A stretch of DNA of 64,000 nt from an uncultured Bacteroidales bacterium (GCA_963717995.1 CAVQXX010000006.1:102357-166356); one strand, 5' to 3'. Shown: positions 47,876 to 58,966, numbered from the stretch's first letter. Numbers and translations are program-made. Notes: generated by a model not told the origin, from the sequence alone.

Positions 47876-50032
47876 CTATAAGGCCGTTATCTCAAGTACC
47901 GTGCTGGTCAGAGCCTGGCCTGATGAAACCTGTAATCCTAACTTCATCAGATATTCCCCTGTGCAGGTTATCCCTTCTGCCGGAATTGAATTCGGTATAC
48001 CCGGGAAGAGATTAATCTCTTTTACTGAATAATACTTACCAGCATCAAGTCCCTGCAGCCTGACACGGTTGAAAGATTCCCCGAATCGCGAATTCAACGT
48101 ATATGAAAACAGCACGGCCTTTGACTTATCGTGATTTACATACATCAGAACAGCCCTGTTTTCTTCATAGGGTGAGACCATCCTGTACAAATCGCCACGC
48201 CAGATCACATCACTGAGCCGTTTATAGTTAGTTACAGCCTGCTGGCTGAATACAAGTTCCTGTTCAGTCAATCCTTTTACCTGCAGATCATATCCCAGTT
48301 TGCCCATCATGGCAACATCCGTCCGGTATTTCAGAGATTGTTTGCCCCAGGAGGTTACATGGTTGCAAACGGCAATTGCAGGAAAGAAGTTTGAATATCC
48401 CCATTGAATATATACCCTTTCCACCGGATCTGTATCATCACTGGCCCAGAATTCAGTAAAATACCGCAGTGCACCGTAATCAACCCGTCCACCACCGCCC
48501 GAGCAAAGCATCATGGGTATGTGGGGGTATTCCAGGCGCAGACGGTCAAGCACCTTGTACAGACCCAGTACATAATCAACATAAAGCTGTGACTGCTGAT
48601 TCTTCAAAAATGGCGAAAATGTATTGGTCATTAAGCGGTTACAGTCCCATTTAAAGAATCCTATTCCCGGATATTTCGTCAGTAAACCGTTCACAATCTG
48701 GTATACAAATTCCTGTACTTCAGGATTGGTTAGGTCAAGCACCAGCTGGTTCCGATAATAATTTTCAGGCCTGTTAGGCAGTTTTAAAATCCAGTCTGGA
48801 TGTGTTTCATACAATTCACTTTTTGGATTGACCATTTCCGGTTCTATCCAGATACCGAATGTCACATCCCGTTTTTCAGCTTCCCTGGTAAGAAATCCGA
48901 TTCCATTTGGCAATTTATCCTTATTCTCCTGCCAGTCTCCCAATCCTGCCTTATCATCATTTCGGGGATATTTGTTTGCAAACCAGCCGTCATCGAGAAG
49001 AAATAATTCCAATCCCATTTTTTTCGTATCATCGAACAATCCGGTGAGTTTATTTTCATCGAAATCAAAAAAAGTGGTTTCCCAATTATTCAGAAGGGTA
49101 AGCCTGGGCTGGTTGCCATCCAGTATGCCATAATTGACAGCCCATTTATGCAGGTTCCGGCTGGCCTGTCCCTTTCCATTGTCAGACCAGGTAAATATAA
49201 AAGAGGGAGTGATGAACGGTTTATCCGGTTGAAGAATATATTCCGACGCAAAGGGATTAATTCCCGAAATAACGCGAAGGGAATTCTTTTCATCCATCTC
49301 AAACAAAAACTGAAAATTACCTGACCAACCGAGCGTTCCTGCAATGAGTTCACCGGAGTTTTCATCAGATTTTTTATTTAACGATAGATAGAATACGGGT
49401 GTATGATACATATGGGCCCTTGCCCCAAGCTTGGTATCGATGATCTTGATGCCACTGCTCAATTCATTTTCCTGCATTTTCATTTCCTCTGCCCAGTCAC
49501 CATGAAACTGAGTTAGCCAGTAGTGGTTTGCATCAAAATGGAGCATAGATGAAGCATAATTGAACAGGGTTACGGGCCTGGCTTCATGATGGATGATCTC
49601 TGTCCATTGTTCCACCACGTTTTCCTTTGTAAAAGCTTTAAAATGCAGGATAACCTCCACCGGGTACTGCGGATCTTTCATCCGGATATGCGAGATGGTA
49701 ATGTCTTCACCCTGCTTTTCAACGTGATTGCTTACATATTTCAGTTCAAGCGAAGGGTTCCCGTCATTGTGTGTAATGCGTATGGCAGGAGAGAAAAGAT
49801 TATCTGTACCGGATGTAACATATGCCAGGTGTTCAGAAGTGCGGATGAGGGCTGAATCATTCATTGTGGAAAGCCTGTTGCCAAAATAATCCTGGTAAAG
49901 CCTGCCATCTGTACCCACCCTGAATATCAATTCAGAATCATCCGTTCTCACAGGGATCAATAAACCGGTTTGCGCACTTGTTTGCATGCCTGAACAGGCT
50001 ATCAAAATAAGCAGAGTATAAATTGATTTCAT
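47876..50032 (-). CDS. alpha-galactosidase, glycoside hydrolase family 36
   Basis: GH36 blocks ELFLLDDGWF, AGLGDW, FFKWDCNR and MLCSGGGGRVDYG, with a signal peptide. Confidence 0.9.
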   Translation of the reverse strand: MKSIYTLLILIACSGMQTSAQTGLLIPVRTDDSELIFRVGTDGRLYQDYFGNRLSTMNDSALIRTSEHLAYVTSGTDNLFSPAIRITHNDGNPSLELKYVSNHVEKQGEDITISHIRMKDPQYPVEVILHFKAFTKENVVEQWTEIIHHEARPVTLFNYASSMLHFDANHYWLTQFHGDWAEEMKMQENELSSGIKIIDTKLGARAHMYHTPVFYLSLNKKSDENSGELIAGTLGWSGNFQFLFEMDEKNSLRVISGINPFASEYILQPDKPFITPSFIFTWSDNGKGQASRNLHKWAVNYGILDGNQPRLTLLNNWETTFFDFDENKLTGLFDDTKKMGLELFLLDDGWFANKYPRNDDKAGLGDWQENKDKLPNGIGFLTREAEKRDVTFGIWIEPEMVNPKSELYETHPDWILKLPNRPENYYRNQLVLDLTNPEVQEFVYQIVNGLLTKYPGIGFFKWDCNRLMTNTFSPFLKNQQSQLYVDYVLGLYKVLDRLRLEYPHIPMMLCSGGGGRVDYGALRYFTEFWASDDTDPVERVYIQWGYSNFFPAIAVCNHVTSWGKQSLKYRTDVAMMGKLGYDLQVKGLTEQELVFSQQAVTNYKRLSDVIWRGDLYRMVSPYEENRAVLMYVNHDKSKAVLFSYTLNSRFGESFNRVRLQGLDAGKYYSVKEINLFPGIPNSIPAEGITCTGEYLMKLGLQVSSGQALTSTVLEITAL

Positions 50033-50098
50033 TATTAGTTGATTGATAAGTTATCTGTTCAGCGTCATTGCATGCCAGGCGAAGAGATCTGCCAAATA

Positions 50099-50389
50099 TT
50101 ATCTGGATTGCTGTTTTTGTTCATACTTGAGCTTATAAAAATCTTCCAGGTTATTCTCAATTACAAAAGTATCCCCCGGAGCCCATCTTTCGGCATATTG
50201 TTTTCCTTTAAGAAAATAATAGCGGGTATTGGCCGGATTAGTGAAAATCACTTTTTTTGCTTTCACCGAATGCACCAGGAGAACCTTTTGTTTATACAAA
50301 GCATAATGCGATTCCTCTATTTTATCGGAAGTCATATGAATTGCCGAACAGGAGGCCAGTAATGCTAAACAGGGAATGAAAATCCTCAT
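50099..50389 (-). CDS. small lipoprotein, unknown function
   Basis: 96 aa; lipobox in MRIFIPCLALLASCSA. Confidence 0.5.
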   Translation of the reverse strand: MRIFIPCLALLASCSAIHMTSDKIEESHYALYKQKVLLVHSVKAKKVIFTNPANTRYYFLKGKQYAERWAPGDTFVIENNLEDFYKLKYEQKQQSR

Positions 50390-50682
50390 GGTATATCCAG
50401 GTTAGAGCTTCAGTTCACCCCATTGATTGTAAGGCTTGGCAGAATTGTAAACCCGGCAGCTCCCATTGCTGACATTCCGACAAATTTCCGGCGCGTTAAA
50501 CCGGCTGATTTTTTCTTATGAGTTTTGTTTTTCATTGAAGAAGAAGTTTAAAGATTATGGGAGGAAGTATGATAAACTGGCTTGCATTCTAACAAATTTA
50601 ACTATTTTTCGTATTACATTTGCTGTAGCAGCTGTTTTGTTGAAATTCAACGTTTTTGGCAAGATCATTAAATTGCGTTTTT

Positions 50683-52179
50683 ATGCAACCGTTATTCAAA
50701 TTAAATTCGAATAACCTCCCCCTTATTCCACGGGAGGCTACGTTACCGGAATATGACCGGTCGGTTTTAAAAGCCGGAATTGTACACATTGGGGTTGGAG
50801 CTTTTCACAGGGCTCACCAGGCTCTTTATACGGATATGCTTCTGCAAAAACCCGGGAACGGGACATGGGGAATATGCGGTATTGGATTGCTCGAAACTGA
50901 CCGTAAGATAATCGACTGGCTTGTTCAGCAGGATGGCTTGTATACTGTGATGATCACTGAACCTGATGGAATCCTTTCTGCCAGGGTGATCGGCTCTGTT
51001 GTTGAATGTCTTTATGCACCGGATGACCCACAGGCGGCTATTGATAAAATGGCGGATCCTTACACTAAGATCATTACTCTCACCATCACTGAAGGTGGTT
51101 ATAATTTTGATTCGGCAACAGGTGAGTTTTTGATCAATGAACCCTCCATTCAGACCGATCTGAAGAATCCGGAATCCCCGAAAACAGTATTCGGATACCT
51201 CACCCGGGCACTCAAGCGGAGAATGGACAGGGGTTTAAAAGGATTAACCATTCAATCGTGCGACAATATTCCCCAAAACGGAGTCGTGTTAAAACGAATG
51301 CTGCTGGCATATGTGAAAGAAGCAGAACCGCTCATGACGGATTGGATCGAAAAGGAAATTACATTTCCCAACAGCATGGTAGACAGGATCACACCGGTAA
51401 CCTCACTTAAGGACAAGGAGAACCTGAAGGCGGTTTTTTCAATTGATGATGCATGTCCCGTAGTTTGTGAGCCATATATACAGTGGGTGATCGAGGATAA
51501 TTATGCCAACGGGCGACCATCGTGGGAAACCGTCGGGACTCAATTTGTGAAAGATGTGGTGCCCTATGAAAAAATGAAAATACGGCTTCTAAATGCCGGT
51601 CATTCCCTTCTGGGTTTTCTGGGTACCTTATCGGACTGTCATACGGTGGACGAAGCAGTTGAAGTACCCCTGATAGCGGATTTTCTGCGCAGTTTTATGG
51701 ACAAGGATGTTACCCCGGTTCTGGGAACCGTTGAAGGAATTGATCTGACAAAATACAAGGATAACCTTATTCAACGGTTTGGAAATTCCTATATAAAAGA
51801 CAATCTCTCCAGGATATGCATGGAAAGCTCGGCCAAAATTCCCAAGTTCGTTTTACCCACAATCCGGGAGAACCTGGAAAACGGCGGAGCAATCAAACAT
51901 ACTACTACTATTGTTGCTGCCTGGTGCAGCTACCTGGAACTGGCCGGAACGCCGGGACATACTTATGAGGTTCAGGATGGAATGAAGGATTTGTTGCAGA
52001 AGAATGCTCTTGCTTCTGTCAAACAGGATCCCCTCGCATTCATAAAAACCGCGAACATCTTTGGTGACCTGGTAAAATCAGAACGGTTTGTTACTGCCTA
52101 TCTGAGCGTCATTGATGCATTCAGGAAATTTGGTGTTGAGATTGTGATGCGATATATTGACCAGATTGTTACGACCTAA
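50683..52179 (+). CDS. long-chain mannitol dehydrogenase family oxidoreductase (mannitol 2-dehydrogenase / fructuronate reductase type)
   Basis: IVHIGVGAFHRAHQALYTD, QSCDNIPQNG, FPNSMVDRITP and LNAGHSLLG blocks. ATG at 50683. Confidence 0.85.
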   Translation: MQPLFKLNSNNLPLIPREATLPEYDRSVLKAGIVHIGVGAFHRAHQALYTDMLLQKPGNGTWGICGIGLLETDRKIIDWLVQQDGLYTVMITEPDGILSARVIGSVVECLYAPDDPQAAIDKMADPYTKIITLTITEGGYNFDSATGEFLINEPSIQTDLKNPESPKTVFGYLTRALKRRMDRGLKGLTIQSCDNIPQNGVVLKRMLLAYVKEAEPLMTDWIEKEITFPNSMVDRITPVTSLKDKENLKAVFSIDDACPVVCEPYIQWVIEDNYANGRPSWETVGTQFVKDVVPYEKMKIRLLNAGHSLLGFLGTLSDCHTVDEAVEVPLIADFLRSFMDKDVTPVLGTVEGIDLTKYKDNLIQRFGNSYIKDNLSRICMESSAKIPKFVLPTIRENLENGGAIKHTTTIVAAWCSYLELAGTPGHTYEVQDGMKDLLQKNALASVKQDPLAFIKTANIFGDLVKSERFVTAYLSVIDAFRKFGVEIVMRYIDQIVTT

Positions 52180-52198
52180 GGTATGAATTGTCATAAAC

Positions 52199-53068
52199 CT
52201 AATTTACGATCAGCACCTTTGCTGTTCTGGGTGCACCTCTTTTGGAATTCAACTTATAAAAGTAAATACCGTTGCTAAAGTTCCTGACCTGCACCCGGAG
52301 GAGACCCTGGTTTTTGTCAACCCTGATCCTCTGTACGGTTCTGCCCTGCTGATCAATCACTTCAATTTCACCTGAATTCTGATCTCCCGCCAGTTTATAA
52401 TCCATGTTCACAAATTCACTCGCCGGAACCGGGAAGGCATTCAGGTAGTTGTCGGACTGGGTGCCGGCACTTTTCAGATAGGTGGGTACTGAACCCGGCA
52501 GGGTGTACATATCGAAGCTGTATTTTCCTTCGTTGATGTAATATGCATCCAGGATCATTTTTGTTCCTTCGTTTGTATTGATCAATGAAGAAAGAATGGA
52601 TCCGTTTGCAATGGATGAATTGATAAGGAAGGCATTCGAATTGTCAATATCCGTCGCAAACAGCACACTGCCATTTTCATTGAAAACGATAACCTGGGCA
52701 TACAGTTCATTGTTGCTGTTGTAATAGGAAAACTGGCAGAGCAGTTCAATATCATTATCCAGGTCAAATGTATTCTCTGAAATGTAATCGACCTCCAGCC
52801 AGGGTGAATTGAAATCCGTGATGGCGATCAGATGATCCAGTTCCAGAGTCACAGTCCTGTATTCCGAATAATCGGAATTATAAAATAGGCACTGGTAATT
52901 TACGCTGTCCACCTGATTGACAACACAGGTTTTCTGGCCGGAGTTTTCCAACTTCACAATCTGTATATTAACGGATGCCTGGTCATCAAAGGCATGTTCC
53001 TTGATGATTTGTGCATTCAAATCCACAAGGACAATAGCTAAGCATAAAGGGAGTATAATTTTTCTCAT
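52199..53068 (-). CDS. secreted protein with T9SS C-terminal sorting domain
   Basis: Signal peptide MRKIILPLCLAIVLVDLNAQ. C-terminal ...GEIEVIDQQGRTVQRIRV...NGIYFYKLNSKRG..AKVLIVN is typical of type A T9SS sorting domains. Confidence 0.7.
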   Translation of the reverse strand: MRKIILPLCLAIVLVDLNAQIIKEHAFDDQASVNIQIVKLENSGQKTCVVNQVDSVNYQCLFYNSDYSEYRTVTLELDHLIAITDFNSPWLEVDYISENTFDLDNDIELLCQFSYYNSNNELYAQVIVFNENGSVLFATDIDNSNAFLINSSIANGSILSSLINTNEGTKMILDAYYINEGKYSFDMYTLPGSVPTYLKSAGTQSDNYLNAFPVPASEFVNMDYKLAGDQNSGEIEVIDQQGRTVQRIRVDKNQGLLRVQVRNFSNGIYFYKLNSKRGAPRTAKVLIVN

Positions 53069-53144
53069 AACCTGTTGGATATAAAGTTCAAGCAAAGTTA
53101 TGACATACCAATCTCAAATGCCCGTATTTGTTGAGGGATTTTGG

Positions 53145-54089
53145 CTACAGATATTTTTTCAACAGAAGTTGGGTGTTACGAACTCCGTCCTCTTCTGATT
53201 GATTGATACCTTCGAATTCAACGCCAATATATCCCTTAAAACCTGAAGACTTAACGATGCCGATCAGCCGCTGATAGTCGAGCAACGGTTGTTCTCCGTT
53301 TCCATCAAAATCATATGTTTTGGCGCTGACACCCTTGGCATACAGAAGCATTTGCTGTATTCCCTTATAAATATCGTACTTTTCATCACAACCCTCCTGT
53401 ATCGTGCCCCATGGATGGGTAATGCAAAAATTGCCAAAATCAGGCAGCAGTCCCACATTTTGCATATTTACCTGTTTCATGACATCGATAAGCCAGTCCC
53501 CATTGGAGGTGACGCTGCCATGGTTTTCAACCACCACATTCAGGTTCATCGGTTTTGCAAATTCACCCAGGAGACTCAGTGAATCCACAGACGCTTTCTT
53601 GCGGTCGTCCGGTGTTCCTTCTCCATGCAGGTTTACCCTGATCGTCCGGCATTTCAGGAATTTTGCAGCATCAAGCCATTTTTTATGATTATCAACAGAT
53701 TCAAGTCGTTCTTTTTTACCGGGAGTCGACAGGGGGCCTTCGTCGTCACACATCAGTAAATGATTGACGACGCCTGCATCCTGACTTCTTTTTAATAATT
53801 CATTGAGGTAGGGCTGATTTTTTGCGGCTTCCCTGAAATCCATCTTTGTACCGCCAAAAAATCCGTTTACATACTCCACGGCCGATATACCGAATTCATT
53901 CCTTGCCCTGGCCGGAAAATCGAGATGGTCCATTTTACCCGATTGAAGAGCCCTGTGAAAGGACCATTCTGCCAGTGAAATCTGAATATCCGGTTCCATT
54001 TTTACAAATGATCTGAAGGAGGAGGCAGCCATGAGGGTTCCGGCACCGACAAGCGATTGCCTGAGGAAATTGCGACGTGAAGTGGTCAT
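53145..54089 (-). CDS. Tat-signal sugar phosphate isomerase/epimerase (xylose isomerase-like TIM barrel)
   Basis: Twin-arginine leader MTTSRRNFLRQSLVGAGTLMAAS, and TIM-barrel blocks IRVNLHG, VVVENHG and GYIGVEFEG. Confidence 0.8.
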   Translation of the reverse strand: MTTSRRNFLRQSLVGAGTLMAASSFRSFVKMEPDIQISLAEWSFHRALQSGKMDHLDFPARARNEFGISAVEYVNGFFGGTKMDFREAAKNQPYLNELLKRSQDAGVVNHLLMCDDEGPLSTPGKKERLESVDNHKKWLDAAKFLKCRTIRVNLHGEGTPDDRKKASVDSLSLLGEFAKPMNLNVVVENHGSVTSNGDWLIDVMKQVNMQNVGLLPDFGNFCITHPWGTIQEGCDEKYDIYKGIQQMLLYAKGVSAKTYDFDGNGEQPLLDYQRLIGIVKSSGFKGYIGVEFEGINQSEEDGVRNTQLLLKKYL

Positions 54090-54210
54090 CCTTATAGGTT
54101 TTTGTTACAGTAATAATGCTTTTACCTGAAAGATAATAATTATTCCGTCCATGCATACATCTTCAAATCACTTATTTTATAAATTAGGCGATGCATAAAA
54201 ACCCCTGTAT

Positions 54211-54855
54211 ATGAAAAAAATACTCTTCTTCTTCATCGTGGTTGTCGCGCTGAGTTCCTGTGGGGACAAAAAGTGGCAACAGCTATTTAATGGTAAGGAT
54301 TTAGCCGGCTGGCAGCAGGTTGGTCCGGGTCAATTCGTAGTTGAAGACAGCCTGTTAAAGACAGTCGGTGGTATGGGAATGATCCTTTATCCTGCTGAAA
54401 AGTTTAGTGATGTTGTAATTCGAGTGGTTTACAAGGTAAAGGATAATGATTGCAATTCGGGTGTATTTATCCGGGTGCCTGAAAAACCCGCCGATGAGTG
54501 GGAGGCTGTAAATAAGGGATATGAGGTGCAGATTGATAACGGCACCAGGCATGTAGGAGGTGACTTTCACTGCACCGGCGTGCTTTATTCAATGACAAAA
54601 GCAATGGCCCATCCGCAGAATGCGCCGGGGGAATGGAATACAATGGAGATCACACTCGACGGACCCAGGACCATCGTTTTTGTAAACGGTGAAAAGGTTA
54701 CTGATTTTACAGAAGGGGAAGAAGTGCCGGCCAAGACAAGGGATTTTGAACCTAATCGCGGACCGAGGCCTTTAGCCGGGTATATCGGACTTCAGAATCA
54801 TGATTCCCTGTCAGTGGCTTATTTTAAAGAAGTGGCGATAAAGCCCTTAAAATAG
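54211..54855 (+). CDS. DUF1080 (3-keto-disaccharide hydrolase-like) lipoprotein
   Basis: Lipobox ALSSCG; W..LFNGKDLAGWQQVG, NSGVFIRV, GYEVQIDN and GYIGLQNHDSLSVAYFKEVAIKPL. Confidence 0.8.
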   Translation: MKKILFFFIVVVALSSCGDKKWQQLFNGKDLAGWQQVGPGQFVVEDSLLKTVGGMGMILYPAEKFSDVVIRVVYKVKDNDCNSGVFIRVPEKPADEWEAVNKGYEVQIDNGTRHVGGDFHCTGVLYSMTKAMAHPQNAPGEWNTMEITLDGPRTIVFVNGEKVTDFTEGEEVPAKTRDFEPNRGPRPLAGYIGLQNHDSLSVAYFKEVAIKPLK

Positions 54856-54870
54856 TGATATACTTGTTCC

Positions 54871-55629
54871 ATGATCAGAACCAAAATAATTGCATTCTGC
54901 CTGGTATTGCTTTTTCCTGGCATTACAATGTATGCATCTGAAAATTCAGATAGTACCAGATCAAAACTGAAAGCCGGGGCAATATTCAGCCTGAACAGCA
55001 ATGGCATCTCTTCGGTACCTGCTTTTTCACTGGGAAAGCCTGCTGCGATGGCCTCCGCATCCGTCGGTAAGGGCTGGTTCAGCTATGATCCGACACTGGC
55101 TTACAGCCTCGATGGGCACCCATGGTTCATTGATAACTGGCTGCATGCAAAGCTGTTCAACAGGCCTAAATTTGAATTGAGAACGGGAATGAACATCAGT
55201 TCCTACTGCAGCCCATATAATGTGCCTGAAGGAGAGTTCTACAGAGTGGAACGTTACTTTGCTTTTGAACTGGCTGCCACTTTCAGGTTTGCACACAATA
55301 TTTCCCTTCTTACTCAATACTGGAATGACCGGGGACAGGAAGACTGGTCATTAAAGGGACATTTTCTGAGCGCAATTGGGGAAAAGACGGATATGGCCAT
55401 AGGAAAGCACATATTATGTACCGCTACTCTTCAGCTATTCTATATTGGCTATGACAGCAACGATAATACAAACGACAACAATGACGGCCTTTTTGTGGCA
55501 CCGAGGGTTGCTTTTTCCGTAAGAAATTTCCCTGTATCTATTTTTTCCCAGGTTGTACAGGCTATTACAAGTAATATTGAACCCTTCCCCGGTTTTAATA
55601 TTAATGTAGGAATTGCATATACATTATAA
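54871..55629 (+). CDS. uncharacterised secreted/outer-membrane protein
   Basis: Signal-like N-terminus MIRTKIIAFCLVLLFPGITMYA. Ends NINVGIAYTL (barrel-like). No family recognised. Confidence 0.5.
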   Translation: MIRTKIIAFCLVLLFPGITMYASENSDSTRSKLKAGAIFSLNSNGISSVPAFSLGKPAAMASASVGKGWFSYDPTLAYSLDGHPWFIDNWLHAKLFNRPKFELRTGMNISSYCSPYNVPEGEFYRVERYFAFELAATFRFAHNISLLTQYWNDRGQEDWSLKGHFLSAIGEKTDMAIGKHILCTATLQLFYIGYDSNDNTNDNNDGLFVAPRVAFSVRNFPVSIFSQVVQAITSNIEPFPGFNINVGIAYTL

Positions 55630-55664
55630 AAATCATTATTTCAGCCACCCCGACGGGGTGGGGG

Positions 55665-56603
55665 TCAATGCAACACAGTTCCAATTATTGGCTTTCCATT
55701 TACGTCCAGGATCTGGATATTGGACATTGTTTTTAGCAAGGTATGATCGTTATATACCCATATAACCTCCTTCTCAGGTGTGATTTCGAAGGCATGAGGC
55801 GCTGTACCGAATTGATTATGTCCCAGCCAGTTTGTGAATACCCTGTTCCCGTTGGGGAGTATTTCCATACCCGTCATGAACTTGAGCTCTATTCCCGGTA
55901 ATTCGTTTTTTGTAATCTGCCAGGCAATGGTACCCGATTTTTCCATTTCAACGATCCGGGGTTCGCCATTATGGTCGGAACAGGCGATTAAAGTGTTTCC
56001 GTTTGGAAGCCGGATAACAGAATGCGGCCCGCCTTTAATCGGTATTTCCCACACAAGATGACCCTCTGGATCATATTCACTGACCTTATCCAGGCCATAA
56101 TGCGCTACCAGGTAATTGCCATTGTCAAGTTTCCTGGCATTGCGCATAAAGCCGTGACCACCGTCCATATTATCCGGCAGAAGGCTGATCCTTTTTACTA
56201 TCTGACTGGTGGGAGTAATTTCAAGCAACTGTCCGGAATTGCATTCCCCAATAAAAGTGTTTCCATGGGCCAATCGCTGGCAGGCATATATCTCGCTTTC
56301 TGATTCGTATTCAAACACCACCTTTTTATCACGTGTTACCTCCTTCACTCCTTTACCCGTATTAAATAACAGATTTCCATTGGGCAAAACCCACAGGTCA
56401 TTACAGTTTTCAGCAGGATATTGCCACAACAGTTTTCCTTCATCTGAAATGATGCAGATTGTTCCCTGGGTATAGTCAGTGCAGGCAAAAAAATGCTTTG
56501 TCGGATTTTCCTGAACTGTCTGGGCATGGAGCCCGGATATTAAGGTTAATAGAATCAGCAGGTATAAAAAGGTTCTTTTCATGTAAATAGTACCCAATGT
56601 CAT
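55665..56603 (-). CDS. secreted beta-propeller repeat protein
   Basis: Repeated LPNGN/LDNGN blades (LPNGNLLFN, LDNGNYLVAH, LPNGNTLIAC, LPNGNRVFTN). Signal peptide from the internal ATG at 56582. The ATG at 56603 overlaps the upstream stop (ATGA). Confidence 0.6.
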   Translation of the reverse strand: MTLGTIYMKRTFLYLLILLTLISGLHAQTVQENPTKHFFACTDYTQGTICIISDEGKLLWQYPAENCNDLWVLPNGNLLFNTGKGVKEVTRDKKVVFEYESESEIYACQRLAHGNTFIGECNSGQLLEITPTSQIVKRISLLPDNMDGGHGFMRNARKLDNGNYLVAHYGLDKVSEYDPEGHLVWEIPIKGGPHSVIRLPNGNTLIACSDHNGEPRIVEMEKSGTIAWQITKNELPGIELKFMTGMEILPNGNRVFTNWLGHNQFGTAPHAFEITPEKEVIWVYNDHTLLKTMSNIQILDVNGKPIIGTVLH

Positions 56604-58177
56604 TTAATTTCTATGTGAACCAATTCAATGCCTTCGTTTTTGCCAAGATTTCTGCTGTATTTCTTTTCGGTTGGATTATTCCAGTGCTCTGAGGTGCCCA
56701 AACTGGAAAGCCTTGTGCCGTCCCGTTCCGGATCATAAACTGTTCCTGATGGAGGATTATCGGCCATTGCACTTTCATTTACCGAATAATCGCTGTACAT
56801 CATATCCGGGGCATCAGGCCATTCGGCAATAATAAAGTCAAGAACCACTGCATCGATCGCAACGCCATCCTGAGAGGCAAACAGGCTATTGGGCCAATTG
56901 TTGTTGAAAGGGGCAAGCCGCCATTTATAGGCAGGAATCTTATCCACAAATTTATTGCTGTAAATGCCGTCGATCAGGAATAACATCGTTTTTGCACCGA
57001 GATCTTTATGTCCCATGTAATCTGCATAAACAGAATAGGTATGCAGGCCCTCGCGGTTCTGGCTAAAGCCAGCCGAGTGGGCATTCTTCCGCCAGTCGTC
57101 TTCTATGCTGGTACATCCGAAGAAATTCTTGGCACAAAGGGTGACTCCCTGGCTGACGTGACCTTTCATCAATGCAAGGTCGATTATATAATCCGCATTC
57201 ACCACACAGGAAGCCAGTCCCGTGGCTACTTTTCCATTATCTGCAGAGTAAGGAATGGCGTTTTCCACGAAGGTTGCCTTTTCGCGTCCGTCGCCCCCGT
57301 TATGATCTATGTAATGTACCTTCGGGAAAGCATTATAGCATTTGTCATACACGTTATTTGTAATAAACCGGCTGGGGTCGGTAACTGTAATGTTTTCCTG
57401 CTGAATACCTGCTTTGTTTACCAGGCTTTTCAGGAGGGACAGGATCAATTGCGGGTTGGCATTGATTTCATTGTTGCTTTCGTGGGAATAAGTGTTGTTC
57501 AGGTTTATTTTGATAGTCACCTTTTCACCCGGTTTATAGCCGGCATCGGTATTCCGATTTGTTTTATTGAAGAAGCGGAACAAGGCATTCCATGATTCCT
57601 GTTCTTTTTGCATTCCGGTAAGGGTTGACAAGGTTTTCGCCAGCAGTTTATCGGTTTCCTTTTCATTGTTGAACCGGTCTTCCCACCAAAATCCGGTTTT
57701 TTCATCCCAGGTAGCAATTTTGGGATTATGACCCCAGGCCACGCGGCCAGGATGAATGCCTTTGCCAACTCCAAGCGGTACATTGGGTTTATACCAGATT
57801 TTTAAATCAGTTGACTTTGTTTTTGCTTCTGACTCAAGTGTATAAAGATTAACGGCAACAACTCCGAGGATTACAAAAAGTGCGGATGCCAGGTATTTAG
57901 CTTGCAAATACTTAAGTTTTGCTTTTTTGAAAGCAAAAGTAGCACCTGCCACAGCCATGAGCCAGATAACAAAACCCGACATGACCGGTGCTGCCGCCTG
58001 CATACAGGGATAAGTAGCCCTGGAAGGTTTTGGAATCACCCTAACCAGGAACCAGAGGGTTGCCAGCAGTGATATCATAACATACACCAATATCCCCGGA
58101 ACCCTGATTCTCCGTAATAATCCTACTGTTATTCCAATCCAGCCGGGCAGCTTTTTAATTCTTTCTTCGGTTATCAT
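56600..58177 (-). CDS. membrane-anchored DUF362 domain protein
   Basis: N-terminal TM helices, then a DUF362-like core (VTIKINLN..., DYIIDLALMKGHVSQGVTLCAKNFFG). Confidence 0.6.
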   Translation of the reverse strand: MITEERIKKLPGWIGITVGLLRRIRVPGILVYVMISLLATLWFLVRVIPKPSRATYPCMQAAAPVMSGFVIWLMAVAGATFAFKKAKLKYLQAKYLASALFVILGVVAVNLYTLESEAKTKSTDLKIWYKPNVPLGVGKGIHPGRVAWGHNPKIATWDEKTGFWWEDRFNNEKETDKLLAKTLSTLTGMQKEQESWNALFRFFNKTNRNTDAGYKPGEKVTIKINLNNTYSHESNNEINANPQLILSLLKSLVNKAGIQQENITVTDPSRFITNNVYDKCYNAFPKVHYIDHNGGDGREKATFVENAIPYSADNGKVATGLASCVVNADYIIDLALMKGHVSQGVTLCAKNFFGCTSIEDDWRKNAHSAGFSQNREGLHTYSVYADYMGHKDLGAKTMLFLIDGIYSNKFVDKIPAYKWRLAPFNNNWPNSLFASQDGVAIDAVVLDFIIAEWPDAPDMMYSDYSVNESAMADNPPSGTVYDPERDGTRLSSLGTSEHWNNPTEKKYSRNLGKNEGIELVHIEIK

Positions 58178-58442
58178 AATTTATGTTTTGATATAGTTAT
58201 TTTCAGTTTATATCATATACAATCTTAGTAAATGACTCCTGCTTCATGATCTGATATTGGATGTAATTCCAAAAGTAATTAGAATATTGAATCGAATACA
58301 CCATCGCCTTCATTTTGTCAAAATCTCCTTGACTTTGCCTTCATATAGTCGTAACTTTCAACATATAATTGACTTTCCGGTATTTAATTCCAAAAATTAC
58401 GCACTGGTCTCATCCTTATTTATTTTAAAAAAGGAGGCGATT

Positions 58443-58736
58443 ATGAATACATACATTATTTTAATGAAAATGACAGGGCAGGGAATAAAAAGTGTGAAAG
58501 AAGCACCGCAGAGAGCTGAAGCTGGCATTAAAGCCTTTGAAAAGATGGGCGGGAAAGTGCTTGGTTTTTATGCAACCCTGGGAGAATATGATTATGTAAG
58601 TATCGGCGAGGCACCCAATGATGAGGTCGCCACTGCTTTCTCTCTTGCATTAGGTTCCTTGGGAAATGTGAGGACACTAAGTCTCAGGGCATTCACACTC
58701 AAGGAATTCACAGAAATAGTAAAAAAAGTGCCGTAA
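58443..58736 (+). CDS. GYD domain protein
   Basis: 97 aa, MNTYIILMKMTGQGIKSVKEAP...FYATLGEYDYVSIGEAPNDE. AGGAGG (58432-58437) lies 5 nt upstream of the ATG. Confidence 0.8.
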   Translation: MNTYIILMKMTGQGIKSVKEAPQRAEAGIKAFEKMGGKVLGFYATLGEYDYVSIGEAPNDEVATAFSLALGSLGNVRTLSLRAFTLKEFTEIVKKVP

Positions 58737-58760
58737 TCACACGGCATTTATTATCAGTTT
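58729..58760 (+). terminator. possible intrinsic terminator after the GYD gene
   Basis: TGCCGT-AATCAC-ACGGCA (58729-58746), followed by TTTATTATCAGTTTT. The stem is short, and the stop codon sits in the loop. Confidence 0.4.
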
Positions 58761-58966
58761 TAAAATTGGATGGGCCAGCGCGTTATCATTTGTAATAATG
58801 AATTTAGAATTCAATAGTAGATTTCTGTCTACACAACCTGAATATAGACGGACCGGATTTCTTTAACAGTTTTTCTCGCCATATTTAACGCATTTTGTAT
58901 ATTTAGTGTCTGTTAAGTTAGTTTTTCTGTTTGCTTAGCGTTTAATCTCTAAAAAATGGAGGCAAC

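Noticed and set aside
58257-58442. 5' extension of the GYD ORF, giving a 159-aa version.
   Set aside because: The extension is AT-rich with no protein-like features. A strong AGGAGG precedes the ATG at 58443, which gives the canonical ~97-aa GYD protein.
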